A stretch of 64,000 nt of DNA from a virus. This document shows positions 1 through 8,236 of this stretch, one piece after another. The stretch spans positions 32,001 to 96,000 of IMG/VR virus record IMGVR_UViG_3300014720_000019; one strand, written 5' to 3'. A program made the translations under genes and the position numbers. Under the pieces are notes generated by a model. The model was not told the DNA's origin. It worked only from the letters and a program-made list of their open reading frames with translations, and did no database searches. Position 1 is the first letter of the stretch, and each line of letters begins with the position of its first letter.

Positions 1-622
1 TATCAACTAATCTAGCTAATGTCTCTTGACCTCTAGCCTCTAACCCTTTCTTATCTTCACTAGGTCTAAGCCTATTAAAAGCAGAAGCATAGTTATAAGC
101 TTGATTTATATAATAGTTATCAATCTTGTTAGTACTATTATTACCTAAATACATGCCTTGTTGTCTTAAAGCATCTCCAAATATATTCTCAAATACAGTT
201 TGACTGGCATAAGCTTTAGTCTCAGTAGGATCAATTCTATAAGCCTCACCCATTAGAAACTTAAGACTATTTCTACTGTCTTTCAAGTTATTACTCATAC
301 TAGTATCAAACTCACTAAAAGTCCTACTAGTAACCGTTTGACTAATACCATATACAAGTCTATTATCAAAAGCTATGCCTTTATTTGATTGATCAACACC
401 ATACAGACCATTAGATATGTCATTATTCATACCTAAAGCTCTTTGCCAATCAGTATTATCTAAGGCCGCCTCATTACTAAAGCCTTCACTGTTATATAAA
501 TTAAAACTAACAGCAGTACCTAAAGCACTTTTATTACCTTGTTGTATGTTATTGTATAAACCACTAACAGCCTCTCTTCTAGACTCTAAATGGTATTCAG
601 TATTTGAGAAATAACTTGACAT
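1..622 (-). CDS. 5' part of a gene running off the left edge (possibly a large virion or tape-measure-like protein); absent from the ORF track
   Basis: Manual translation from ATG (cat at 620-622) gives MSSYFSNTEYHLESRREAVSGLYNNIQQGNK...GQETLARLVD, open for 207 codons to the edge with the genome's usual codon style (AGA Arg). Function is a guess. Confidence 0.8.
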   Translation of the reverse strand, partial: MSSYFSNTEYHLESRREAVSGLYNNIQQGNKSALGTAVSFNLYNSEGFSNEAALDNTDWQRALGMNNDISNGLYGVDQSNKGIAFDNRLVYGISQTVTSRTFSEFDTSMSNNLKDSRNSLKFLMGEAYRIDPTETKAYASQTVFENIFGDALRQQGMYLGNNSTNKIDNYYINQAYNYASAFNRLRPSEDKKGLEARGQETLARLVD

Positions 623-644
623 TTAGTTGCTTACTATTTATATT
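616..644 (+). promoter_or_regulatory. Candidate sigma70-type promoter for the chaperone/portal operon
   Basis: TTGACA (616-621), 17-nt spacer, TATATT (639-644) at the edge of a divergent intergenic region. The AT-rich background weakens the call. Confidence 0.4.
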
Positions 645-757
645 TGACTATTATTACTTTCAATAGTAATATGATTACAAATAACAATAAAACATAAGTA
701 AGCACTTAACTTATATATGTTTATATAAAGTATTAACAACTAATAACAACAAATTAA

Positions 758-1165
758 ATGAGTACAGCATCTACCGTATTTGAGATCAAATTACCTTCTG
801 AGACCATTATCTCTTTTAGAACACCAACATACAGAGACAGACAAGTAGCAACTAAGAGATGGAGACAACAACAAACTGAAGTAGGCTGGGCATTAGAAGA
901 GCTATTAGCTTTCTCTATGTTACAAGCAGTTAATGGTCAGCCCATTCAAGCCGCCTTAGATCTAGATATCATTGAACAAGTATCTGACTGGTCAATGAAG
1001 GATGTATCATACTACTTAGAAGTATTCTTTGCAATTGCATTCACAGATGATGTTGCTAAGCAAAGAGCACAAGCAGAAGCAAAGGCATTACTTGAGGGAA
1101 AGTCAGTAGTGAAATCACAGGTCTCACCTACTACTTCAGCCCCTACTACTACTATAACCGCCTAA
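758..1165 (+). CDS. Tail assembly chaperone (gpG-like)
   Basis: Small acidic protein (IKLPSETIISFRTPTYRDR) with an in-frame G GGA AAG heptamer near its 3' end. Confidence 0.7.
   Translation: MSTASTVFEIKLPSETIISFRTPTYRDRQVATKRWRQQQTEVGWALEELLAFSMLQAVNGQPIQAALDLDIIEQVSDWSMKDVSYYLEVFFAIAFTDDVAKQRAQAEAKALLEGKSVVKSQVSPTTSAPTTTITA
1096..1102 (+). other. -1 programmed ribosomal frameshift site G GGA AAG
   Basis: Same heptamer as the lambda G/T site, correctly phased (gaG GGA AAG). The -1 frame is stop-free from 1096 into ORF 1183..1587. Confidence 0.8.
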
Positions 1166-1182
1166 CACAACATGCTATACAG

Positions 1183-1587
1183 TTGGCACTTTTATATAAG
1201 ATGCCAACTGTAATAACATATAGCCATATAATCAACTATGATATAAATCCCTCTGAAAAGTATTACAGAGATATACCACTATCAGAAGAGTTTATATATC
1301 TTAGAGAGGCCTTCTTTGAAGAGAACGCTAAGAGGTTCATAGAAGCCTATAACATAAATAACTTCATACAAATAAGTGAGGCGTGTGATATACCATATGG
1401 TAATAACTGGTTAGACTTTGATGAGATTGAGAGAAGAGCTTTTGAAATAGCAATTAACAAGCTAAACATTGAAAGACACAAAGCATCTCAAGCTGAGAAG
1501 GAAGAATTAAAGAAACAATTTGAATCCTTTAAGCCTCACAAGTCTGGCTTTAGTGACATACCAATGCCCAGTATAAGATTTAATTAA
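1183..1587 (+). CDS. Tail assembly chaperone frameshift extension (gpT-like; gpGT fusion 758..1587)
   Basis: Weak TTG start, in frame with the -1 product of the upstream slippery site. Confidence 0.7.
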   Translation: MALLYKMPTVITYSHIINYDINPSEKYYRDIPLSEEFIYLREAFFEENAKRFIEAYNINNFIQISEACDIPYGNNWLDFDEIERRAFEIAINKLNIERHKASQAEKEELKKQFESFKPHKSGFSDIPMPSIRFN

Positions 1588-1590
1588 AAC

Positions 1591-3042
1591 ATGGCACAAA
1601 CAACAAAACCAACTAATAAAGCTGGTGCCTCAACATCATTATCTCAACCAAGATCTGCTGAGATAAACATATCTAAATACAAGACAAATCCCCCATTACT
1701 AGTAGTGGGTGATAACAAGGTACGTCCTAACACATATAAGCAGTTAGGACGTGCCACATCATTTGTTAGTAATGGAGATTCATTGTATGTAAACACGGGG
1801 CCACATCCCTATCAACTAGCAGTATGGGATTACATTAGAAAGAAGGAGCCAATCATATCAGATGGGCTTGATAAGATGACCTTATCAGTACTAGCTAAGA
1901 TTGGCGCTTATAATCATAAGAATAAAGACATAAGAGCATTTGTAAAAGCCAATTTAAAGAATAAAGTTAGGGCTTGGATTGAGAATATAACCTATACAAT
2001 GTTATGGTCTGGCAAGTCAGTATCAGAGATTATATGGGAGAGAAGATATGACAAAGATGGCACCCCTCAACTATGGGTAAAAGATCTAATCAACTATCAC
2101 ACATCACAAATAATATTAAGACTGAATAACTATGGAACACTTACACATGGAGAGCAAGTATTAAACAGTCAATTCAACACTGGAGTGTGGGTACCAAGAC
2201 CAATACTAACAGAGAATAATAAAGCATATAAAGTTGATAGAAATTGCACTGGATCACATGTAAGATTGCCAAAAGACAAAGTAGTATTAGCTTCATACAA
2301 AGATGAGGGTAACAATCCACATGGAACACCCGCCTTATATGCAGCAGTAGACTTCTCCTTATACAAGGAAGCCTTTAAAGATATGTACTCAGTTGCTCTT
2401 GACAGATATGGCACCCCTCTAATGTACTTTATAGTTCCAGCAACACAAACAACTGAGGACATAGAAGACATTGATGGCACTGTTAGAAAGAAGATGTTTA
2501 GAGAGGCCTTACAAGAAGAGGTACAATCACTATCAAGTGGCTCTGTATTAATACTTGAGAGACAAGGTAATAAAGACGCACCAGAGCCTAAAGTAGAAGC
2601 ATTAACAACAGGTAATAACTTTGGTGATTCATTCATTAATGCTATGAACCTAATGGATCAGAACATGTTACATGCTTTAGGTATACCCAATCTAATCATT
2701 AGAGATGAAGGTAGAGGTCTAGGCAGTGGTGGATCATCTGAGAGACAACTAGAAATATTTGACATGGTAATAACACAGATTGCCATTAAAGTAACACAAG
2801 TGTTATTAGAACAAGTAGTAGGACCACTTATCGGATATAACTTTAGTTCTGTATTAGTACCAGACGCTGATGATTATGGTGAGTTTGCTATTAAACCTAT
2901 GAGATATGTTGATTATAAAGTAATGTCTGACAGTACTAAAGTATTAACAGAGGCAGGAGTAATACAACCAATGACTAATAAGAAGGATAAAATGTTTATT
3001 AGAAATCAACTAGGAATACCCAATGAAGACGAGGATGAATAG
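1591..3042 (+). CDS. Portal protein (Mu gp29/DUF935-like)
   Basis: Motifs WSGKSVSEIIW, GNNPHGTPAL, ALDRYGTP, LGSGGSSERQLEIF and FIRNQLGIP; 483 aa. Confidence 0.85.
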   Translation: MAQTTKPTNKAGASTSLSQPRSAEINISKYKTNPPLLVVGDNKVRPNTYKQLGRATSFVSNGDSLYVNTGPHPYQLAVWDYIRKKEPIISDGLDKMTLSVLAKIGAYNHKNKDIRAFVKANLKNKVRAWIENITYTMLWSGKSVSEIIWERRYDKDGTPQLWVKDLINYHTSQIILRLNNYGTLTHGEQVLNSQFNTGVWVPRPILTENNKAYKVDRNCTGSHVRLPKDKVVLASYKDEGNNPHGTPALYAAVDFSLYKEAFKDMYSVALDRYGTPLMYFIVPATQTTEDIEDIDGTVRKKMFREALQEEVQSLSSGSVLILERQGNKDAPEPKVEALTTGNNFGDSFINAMNLMDQNMLHALGIPNLIIRDEGRGLGSGGSSERQLEIFDMVITQIAIKVTQVLLEQVVGPLIGYNFSSVLVPDADDYGEFAIKPMRYVDYKVMSDSTKVLTEAGVIQPMTNKKDKMFIRNQLGIPNEDEDE

Positions 3043-3045
3043 ATA

Positions 3046-3390
3046 ATGTCTACAACAACACATACAGTAGAAGAAATAACACAACAAATACAAGGTTTAT
3101 TCTTTATTGAAGACAATATAAGCTTTACTATTAAAGATAAAACAAAGGGCCAATTCCCTAACTTTGAAACAGACAAACTAACTCTACAACTATTTGATAT
3201 TGATGGTAATTTATATATAAATCCAATAACATCAAAGCTACTTAAAGTTAATACAAATATATGCATCTATATACCTTATGCAGATACAGTATTAACATTT
3301 AAAATAAAACATCCATATACTGATATAAACCTTTTACATGGAGAAGAAGTAGAGATTGAATCATATAACATATATCAAGGTATAGACTAA
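3046..3390 (+). CDS. Hypothetical protein
   Basis: 114-aa ORF tightly packed between portal and fibre (TAATG overlap). Confidence 0.65.
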   Translation: MSTTTHTVEEITQQIQGLFFIEDNISFTIKDKTKGQFPNFETDKLTLQLFDIDGNLYINPITSKLLKVNTNICIYIPYADTVLTFKIKHPYTDINLLHGEEVEIESYNIYQGID

Positions 3391-5765
3391 TGACAATAGC
3401 ACATAAAGACGTACAACCTACTGACAATCATCACCCTTATAGATGGGTATTTAACAATGCAACTGAGAGACTTGCACTAACATCTATTAACTCATCAGAG
3501 TTATATAAGAGGGCCTTACAGTTAGATAATGAGAAAGAGTATACACTTATATCTGTATCACCTATTAGATGGAAGGAGTATGGAACAACTAATTCAATAC
3601 CAGTAACAACTGTTGCTAGACTTAATCCAAGTCCTATTGTTACTGTTACAGCAGGTCTATCATTAGAAAACACATACTCATGTTTAAACATAACATCAAC
3701 GGCTGATGTAACACTAATATCAACGCCCAATATAAGAGCGCCACTCAACAACGCACAAGAGCTAACAATTCTTAATGTTGGTAATTATAATATAACCTTT
3801 CAATCAGAAGAAGATCTAACAGATTCATTGTTAGTACAAACGTTTACACTAACACCTACTAATAGAATTGCAAAGCTAATATATCTAAAACCTATTAACA
3901 GATGGTATAAATATACAGATGCCGTTGTTAGTTTTGTGTCTAGTTTTAACAATAGAACAGGAGCTATAACACTTAATAACAGTGATATAACAACCGCCTT
4001 ATCATATACACCCTATAATGCAGCCAATCCTAATAACTACATATCATCTAACCAAACAATAACCTTATCAGGGGCCATAACAGGTAGTGGAGCTACAGCA
4101 ATAACAACAACAATACCAGACAACTCTATAACTACAGCTAAACTAGCAGACAACTCTGTTACAACTGCAAAAATTATTGATGATTCTATAACTACAGCTA
4201 AACTAGCAGACAACTCTGTTGCTCTAACAAAACTATCAACACAGCCTAATAACACCTTTCTTGCTAATAATAGTGGTAGTAATAGCTCCCCTATAGCTAT
4301 AACAACAGCACAAGCAAAGACTCTATTAAACATAACAACATCAGATGTTACTGGACTAGGATCATTAGCCTCATTATCATCTGTTGATCTATCAACATCA
4401 AATGCCACAGGTGTATTGGCTGCTGCTAGATTTCCAGCATTAACTGGAGACATAACAACTACTGCTGGATCACTAACAACCACCTTATCTAACACTGGTG
4501 TAGCTGCTGGTTCATATACAATTGTTAATGCTACAGTAGATAGTAAAGGTAGAATAACAGCTATTAGCAATGGTAGTAATATCGTTGCTGATGATTCAAT
4601 CACTGAGGCGAAGCTTGCCAGTAATGCTGTGACAACCGCGAAGATTGCTGATGGTTCAATAACTACAGCTAAGCTAGCAGACAGCTCTATTACAACTGCC
4701 AAAATTGCTTGGAGTGAGCAGTCGCTTGGTTATCGGAATGTTGTCATCAACGGTGCGATGCAGGTACATCAAAGAGGAACATCAACGGCGAGCATCACGG
4801 GCGGCGGCTTAGGCGCATATTACACGGCTGACCGCTATTTGGCTGATGTCGTAAATGTTGGCGCTTGGACTCAAACAGTTGAGAATGATGCGCCGACAGG
4901 TTCAGGTTTCCGTAAATCGTTGAAGATGACTTGCACTACGGCTGACACATCTCTCGCCACAACCGACCGACTTATCATTCAACATAGGTTAGAGGGTCAA
5001 AACCTTCAACAGTTTCTAAAAGGTACTGCGTCCGCCAAAGCATTTTCTTTGACATTTTGGGTGAAGGGAAGCACCACTGGAACGTACATTGCGGAACTTG
5101 AAGACACTGACAACAACAGACAAGTTTCCGCTTCTTACACAATAAACGCCGCCAATACTTGGGAAAAGAAAACGATCACTTTCCCAGCCGATACGACAGG
5201 CGCATTCGACAACGACAACGCTACGTCTCTTGGATTGTATTTTTGGCTTGCTGCTGGACCATCACTTACTTCTGGCACACTGCAAACAACTTGGGGTACG
5301 ACGACCGCTAATCGTGCTGTCGGTCAAACGAACCTTGCTGGCGCGACAGACCGTGCATGGCAAATCACTGGTGTGCAGTTGGAGGCTGGGTCGGTGGCGA
5401 CACCGTTTGAGTTTGAGGACTACGGAACAACACTTGCAAAATGTCAGAGGTATTTCCTCGTCGCAGGTAATGGTTCTGTTGGCATCTTTAATGGTAGCAG
5501 TACTGCGAGATTTAATGTGCGATTCCCAACCCCGATGAGAGCCGCGCCCAGTATCACCGCTGTTGCAGCCCCGAATGCTTTAAACCCAACGGTTGCCGAA
5601 TCACAAACAGGGTCACAAACAACCGATTTTATCGCGACCGCAGCGGGTGGACTCGTTACAACTCTTGCCGCATCCAAAATCCAGCTTGGAGGTTTTTCAT
5701 CGGCAACCGACGGTCGTTCCACCAGTCTGTTGAATGATTGCCTCAACTTTTCTGCGGAATTGTGA
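3390..5765 (+). CDS. Tail fibre / receptor-binding protein with chimeric C-terminus
   Basis: SFNNRTGAITL, TVDSKGRIT and (S/A)(I/V)TTAKLAD repeats. C-terminal RNVVINGAMQVHQRG...ITGVQLEAGSVATPFE...CQRYF carbohydrate-binding-like fibre domain. Confidence 0.85.
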   Translation: MTIAHKDVQPTDNHHPYRWVFNNATERLALTSINSSELYKRALQLDNEKEYTLISVSPIRWKEYGTTNSIPVTTVARLNPSPIVTVTAGLSLENTYSCLNITSTADVTLISTPNIRAPLNNAQELTILNVGNYNITFQSEEDLTDSLLVQTFTLTPTNRIAKLIYLKPINRWYKYTDAVVSFVSSFNNRTGAITLNNSDITTALSYTPYNAANPNNYISSNQTITLSGAITGSGATAITTTIPDNSITTAKLADNSVTTAKIIDDSITTAKLADNSVALTKLSTQPNNTFLANNSGSNSSPIAITTAQAKTLLNITTSDVTGLGSLASLSSVDLSTSNATGVLAAARFPALTGDITTTAGSLTTTLSNTGVAAGSYTIVNATVDSKGRITAISNGSNIVADDSITEAKLASNAVTTAKIADGSITTAKLADSSITTAKIAWSEQSLGYRNVVINGAMQVHQRGTSTASITGGGLGAYYTADRYLADVVNVGAWTQTVENDAPTGSGFRKSLKMTCTTADTSLATTDRLIIQHRLEGQNLQQFLKGTASAKAFSLTFWVKGSTTGTYIAELEDTDNNRQVSASYTINAANTWEKKTITFPADTTGAFDNDNATSLGLYFWLAAGPSLTSGTLQTTWGTTTANRAVGQTNLAGATDRAWQITGVQLEAGSVATPFEFEDYGTTLAKCQRYFLVAGNGSVGIFNGSSTARFNVRFPTPMRAAPSITAVAAPNALNPTVAESQTGSQTTDFIATAAGGLVTTLAASKIQLGGFSSATDGRSTSLLNDCLNFSAEL
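4128..4220 (+). repeat. Intragenic 33-bp direct repeat encoding ITTAKLADNSV
   Basis: ataactacagctaaactagcagacaactctgtt at 4128 and 4188; related 10-aa repeats recur at about 4590-4710. Confidence 0.85.
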
Positions 5766-5767
5766 TG

Positions 5768-5875
5768 TCATTTACCAATGATAGATAATACACTGGCGCA
5801 CATTTAGGGATTGAAACATGACAACCTTTTATCATTTACCAGTGATAGATAAATACACTGGCGCACATTCAGGAA
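5768..5875 (+). repeat. Imperfect ~43-bp direct repeat
   Basis: tcatttaccaatgatagataatacactggcgcacatttaggga (5768-5810) versus tcatttaccagtgatagataaatacactggcgcacattcaggaa (5832-5875). Confidence 0.85.
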
Positions 5876-6009
5876 TCATTATTGTGATGTTATCAAATAA
5901 CACGGTATGGCATATTTCACCAGACCCAGCGAACACTGATTATCAGGCGTATCTTGCTTGGGTAGCGGAAGGTAACACCGCTGAAGAATGGAACCCCGAT
6001 GCCGATTGA
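5818..6009 (+). CDS. Small tail-fibre-associated (assembly/chaperone-type) protein
   Basis: PDPANTDYQAYLAWVAEGNT motif typical of small genes that follow phage fibres. Confidence 0.7.
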   Translation: MTTFYHLPVIDKYTGAHSGIIIVMLSNNTVWHISPDPANTDYQAYLAWVAEGNTAEEWNPDAD

Positions 6010-6076
6010 ACAGATTGTCGCTAAGTACGTTCCTGAAGACCGTACATTTCGTAACGCATGGGAGTATACCGAATGA
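5999..6076 (+). pseudogene. Truncated remnant of a fibre-associated gene (25 aa)
   Basis: ATG at 5999 gives MPIEQIVAKYVPEDRTFRNAWEYTE*, with an ATGA overlap into the next gene. It matches the end of the '...IEEIAAKDVP...P.DRTFRNAWE' family, which I recall precedes MITINLDKAK-type genes. Confidence 0.55.
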
Positions 6077-6303
6077 TTACAATTAACCTAGACAAGGCAA
6101 AGCTTATCGCCCATGATAAGCGACGTGCTGCTCGTGCTGAAGAATTTAAGCCTTATGATGAGGCGATCGCCAAAAGGCTTCCAGACAAAGATGTGAGTGA
6201 CGCTGAGAGCGCACGGCTAGCGATTCGGGCTAAGTATGCCGCGCTTCAAATCCAAATGGATGAGGCGCAAAATGTTGATGAATTAAAGGAGTTGCTGCCA
6301 TAA
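6073..6303 (+). CDS. Tail-fibre-associated small protein
   Basis: MITINLDKAKLIAHDKRRAARAEEFKPYD. The likely true start is ATG 6073 rather than 6058. Confidence 0.7.
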   Translation: MITINLDKAKLIAHDKRRAARAEEFKPYDEAIAKRLPDKDVSDAESARLAIRAKYAALQIQMDEAQNVDELKELLP

Positions 6304-6576
6304 CCATATAACCCCTATAAACGGAGGAAACCCTAATCAAGCAATACAAATAAAATCTCAAGATGTATCAAGTCAATGGACTACAGGTGGGGCTACAAAT
6401 ATTTCTGTTTTAGTAGCCCCACCTACAGGTGTATTTTCTCATTTCAGCAATAGTATCCAAAGAACTATAAACGCTACCAATATTACTGATGGGGGGTGGG
6501 GGTATTAACACTAGGTAGATTAGCTGTTTATAGGGAGCCTATAGATGATAGATTTTGTGAACTTATTGTAACTTAA
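6302..6576 (+). pseudogene. Headless, frameshifted gene remnant
   Basis: Start-less open frame NHITPINGGNPNQ...ATNITDGGWGY*. A -1 shift in the G6-T-G5 tract continues it as VGVLTLGRLAVYREPIDDRFCELIVT*, ending just before the terminator. Confidence 0.45.
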
Positions 6577-6592
6577 TAAAAAATCATAATTT

Positions 6593-6622
6593 AAAGAGGT
6601 TATATAATTATATAACCTCTTT
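6593..6622. terminator. Bidirectional terminator / perfect 30-bp palindrome
   Basis: aaagaggttatataattatataacctcttt is its own reverse complement and lies between convergent genes. Confidence 0.85.
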
Positions 6623-7024
6623 TTAATCTCTAGTCATATGTAATAAATTAACCTGCTTTCTTCTAAATCCTTGATACCAGTCTCTAAAGAGCATATGCTT
6701 ACAAGGATTAAATCTATCAGCACAACTGCAACTATTACCATTTACAAAGTATGTATCACCCTTATTATTACTAACAACAAACGTGTCATCTAATGCATTA
6801 ACCACAATATATCCCTCACTTATTAGTTGACCAGCAATAGTATTTCTAATAACATCCTGTGCATTGTCAATAGGAGGAACTTTATGTATTTTATTATTAA
6901 CCTCATAGAACAAAAAGCCTTTATCCTCCCCTTCAACTTTAATTTGTACATTCTTAATATAACCATCTCTAATAACTTTACAGATATAGTCATTAATAGC
7001 CAAGAATAACATTGGGTTTTTCAT
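6623..7024 (-). CDS. SWIM zinc-finger protein
   Basis: YFVNGNSCSCADRFNPCKH fits CxC-xn-CxH. Confidence 0.8.
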   Translation of the reverse strand: MKNPMLFLAINDYICKVIRDGYIKNVQIKVEGEDKGFLFYEVNNKIHKVPPIDNAQDVIRNTIAGQLISEGYIVVNALDDTFVVSNNKGDTYFVNGNSCSCADRFNPCKHMLFRDWYQGFRRKQVNLLHMTRD

Positions 7025-7587
7025 TAAACGCCTTCTGGTATATTACTAATAAAATCATCATACAACATTAACATACTTGCTATTATGTCATTATTAAAGT
7101 CAGAGATACATATAGAATGTTCAAATACAGACTGACTACCAAACTTAATAGTAGTATAATCAGATATAACACTACGGTTCAATGCATCTTTTATAATTAC
7201 ATCATATCTAATATTATAATTTTGCATTAAAGTATTTAGATTAAAATCATAAATACCACAGTGTAGATTAACTTTGGCGATCTTTAATTTATTAAAAATC
7301 TTCTTATTAACTCTATTAGAGATATAACTATGTCTATTATTTAATGTACCTAATTTATATTTATCAATAATATTTACAATGTATGTATATATAAATATAA
7401 GACTCATATTATTAAAGGACTTTGTATTGTATTCGTCTTTAGTACTTATAATAATATTGCTAGTATCTCTGACACCATCAATCCCAAATAAATAGTATAT
7501 AAATGCTTTTGAATATAAACTATCAACAAAATTATAACAATTAATTGAAGACAAAAAATCAATTTCCCATCTATTTATATTTTCCAT
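7024..7587 (-). CDS. Hypothetical protein, paralog of 7590..8153
   Basis: 187-aa ORF whose C-terminus ISDFNNDIIASMLMLYDDFISNIP resembles that of its neighbour. Confidence 0.7.
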   Translation of the reverse strand: MENINRWEIDFLSSINCYNFVDSLYSKAFIYYLFGIDGVRDTSNIIISTKDEYNTKSFNNMSLIFIYTYIVNIIDKYKLGTLNNRHSYISNRVNKKIFNKLKIAKVNLHCGIYDFNLNTLMQNYNIRYDVIIKDALNRSVISDYTTIKFGSQSVFEHSICISDFNNDIIASMLMLYDDFISNIPEGV

Positions 7588-7589
7588 AT

Positions 7590-8153
7590 CTATTCAAACT
7601 CATTAGGCATAAGATCAACAAACCAATCATATATAATGAATAAATTGCCAAGTAAATCATTAAAGTTTTCAATGTTGTATATTCTATTAAACCCACCAAC
7701 TTTAACCTTATAGTTAAAGTTAATTTTATAGGCTAATGTTTTAGACATATCACCATCAAAGATAATAAATCTTTTTATTAGTTTCTTTTGTAGGGGATTA
7801 AGTGTATATACAACCTCAAACGTTTTAATGTTAGATTTTGGTCCTCCTTTGTATAACCTATTAACATTATCAATGTTGATATGCTTACTAGGAATATTAA
7901 TTAAATGAGAGGGATTAAACAAATGTAAAAGCAAATTAGCCGTTTCAAATATAGTCAATAGAAATAAACTATCATCAATTGGAGAGTTACTATCCCAAGG
8001 AAAGAACAACTCTCTTATAAATACATACCTATAATCTCCAGTAAATATATCATCATTAACAGTCTTTGACATTAGAAAGGCTTCTTGCTTATCACTTAAC
8101 AGGTACAATTCTTTATTAGGGGTTCTACTAAGATCCATTATATGTTTACCCAT
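7590..8153 (-). CDS. Hypothetical protein, paralog of 7024..7587
   Basis: The track's TTG start at 8174 lies in the dps terminator U-tract, so ATG at 8153 (MGKHIMD) is more plausible. C-terminus IENFNDLLGNLFIIYDWFVDLMP. Confidence 0.7.
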   Translation of the reverse strand: MGKHIMDLSRTPNKELYLLSDKQEAFLMSKTVNDDIFTGDYRYVFIRELFFPWDSNSPIDDSLFLLTIFETANLLLHLFNPSHLINIPSKHINIDNVNRLYKGGPKSNIKTFEVVYTLNPLQKKLIKRFIIFDGDMSKTLAYKINFNYKVKVGGFNRIYNIENFNDLLGNLFIIYDWFVDLMPNEFE

Positions 8154-8172
8154 GTAACTAACTTTTAAATAC

Positions 8173-8207
8173 AAAAAAAATATAAGGGGCTAACTAAAGC
8201 CCCTTAT
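8173..8207 (-). terminator. Rho-independent terminator after dps
   Basis: ataaggggct / agccccttat stem (8182-8207) with an A8 run on the + strand, which is a U-tract on the - strand. Confidence 0.8.
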
Positions 8208-8236
8208 TAACTAATAAAATATTATTCACACAATGT

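Noticed and set aside
417-614. 65-aa + strand ORF in the track
   Set aside because: It is the antisense shadow of the longer minus-strand gene starting at 622.
5768-5875. DGR template/variable repeat pair next to the fibre tip
   Set aside because: Too short, differences are not adenine-specific (they include T/C and an indel), neither copy lies in the fibre CDS, and there is no reverse transcriptase in the window.
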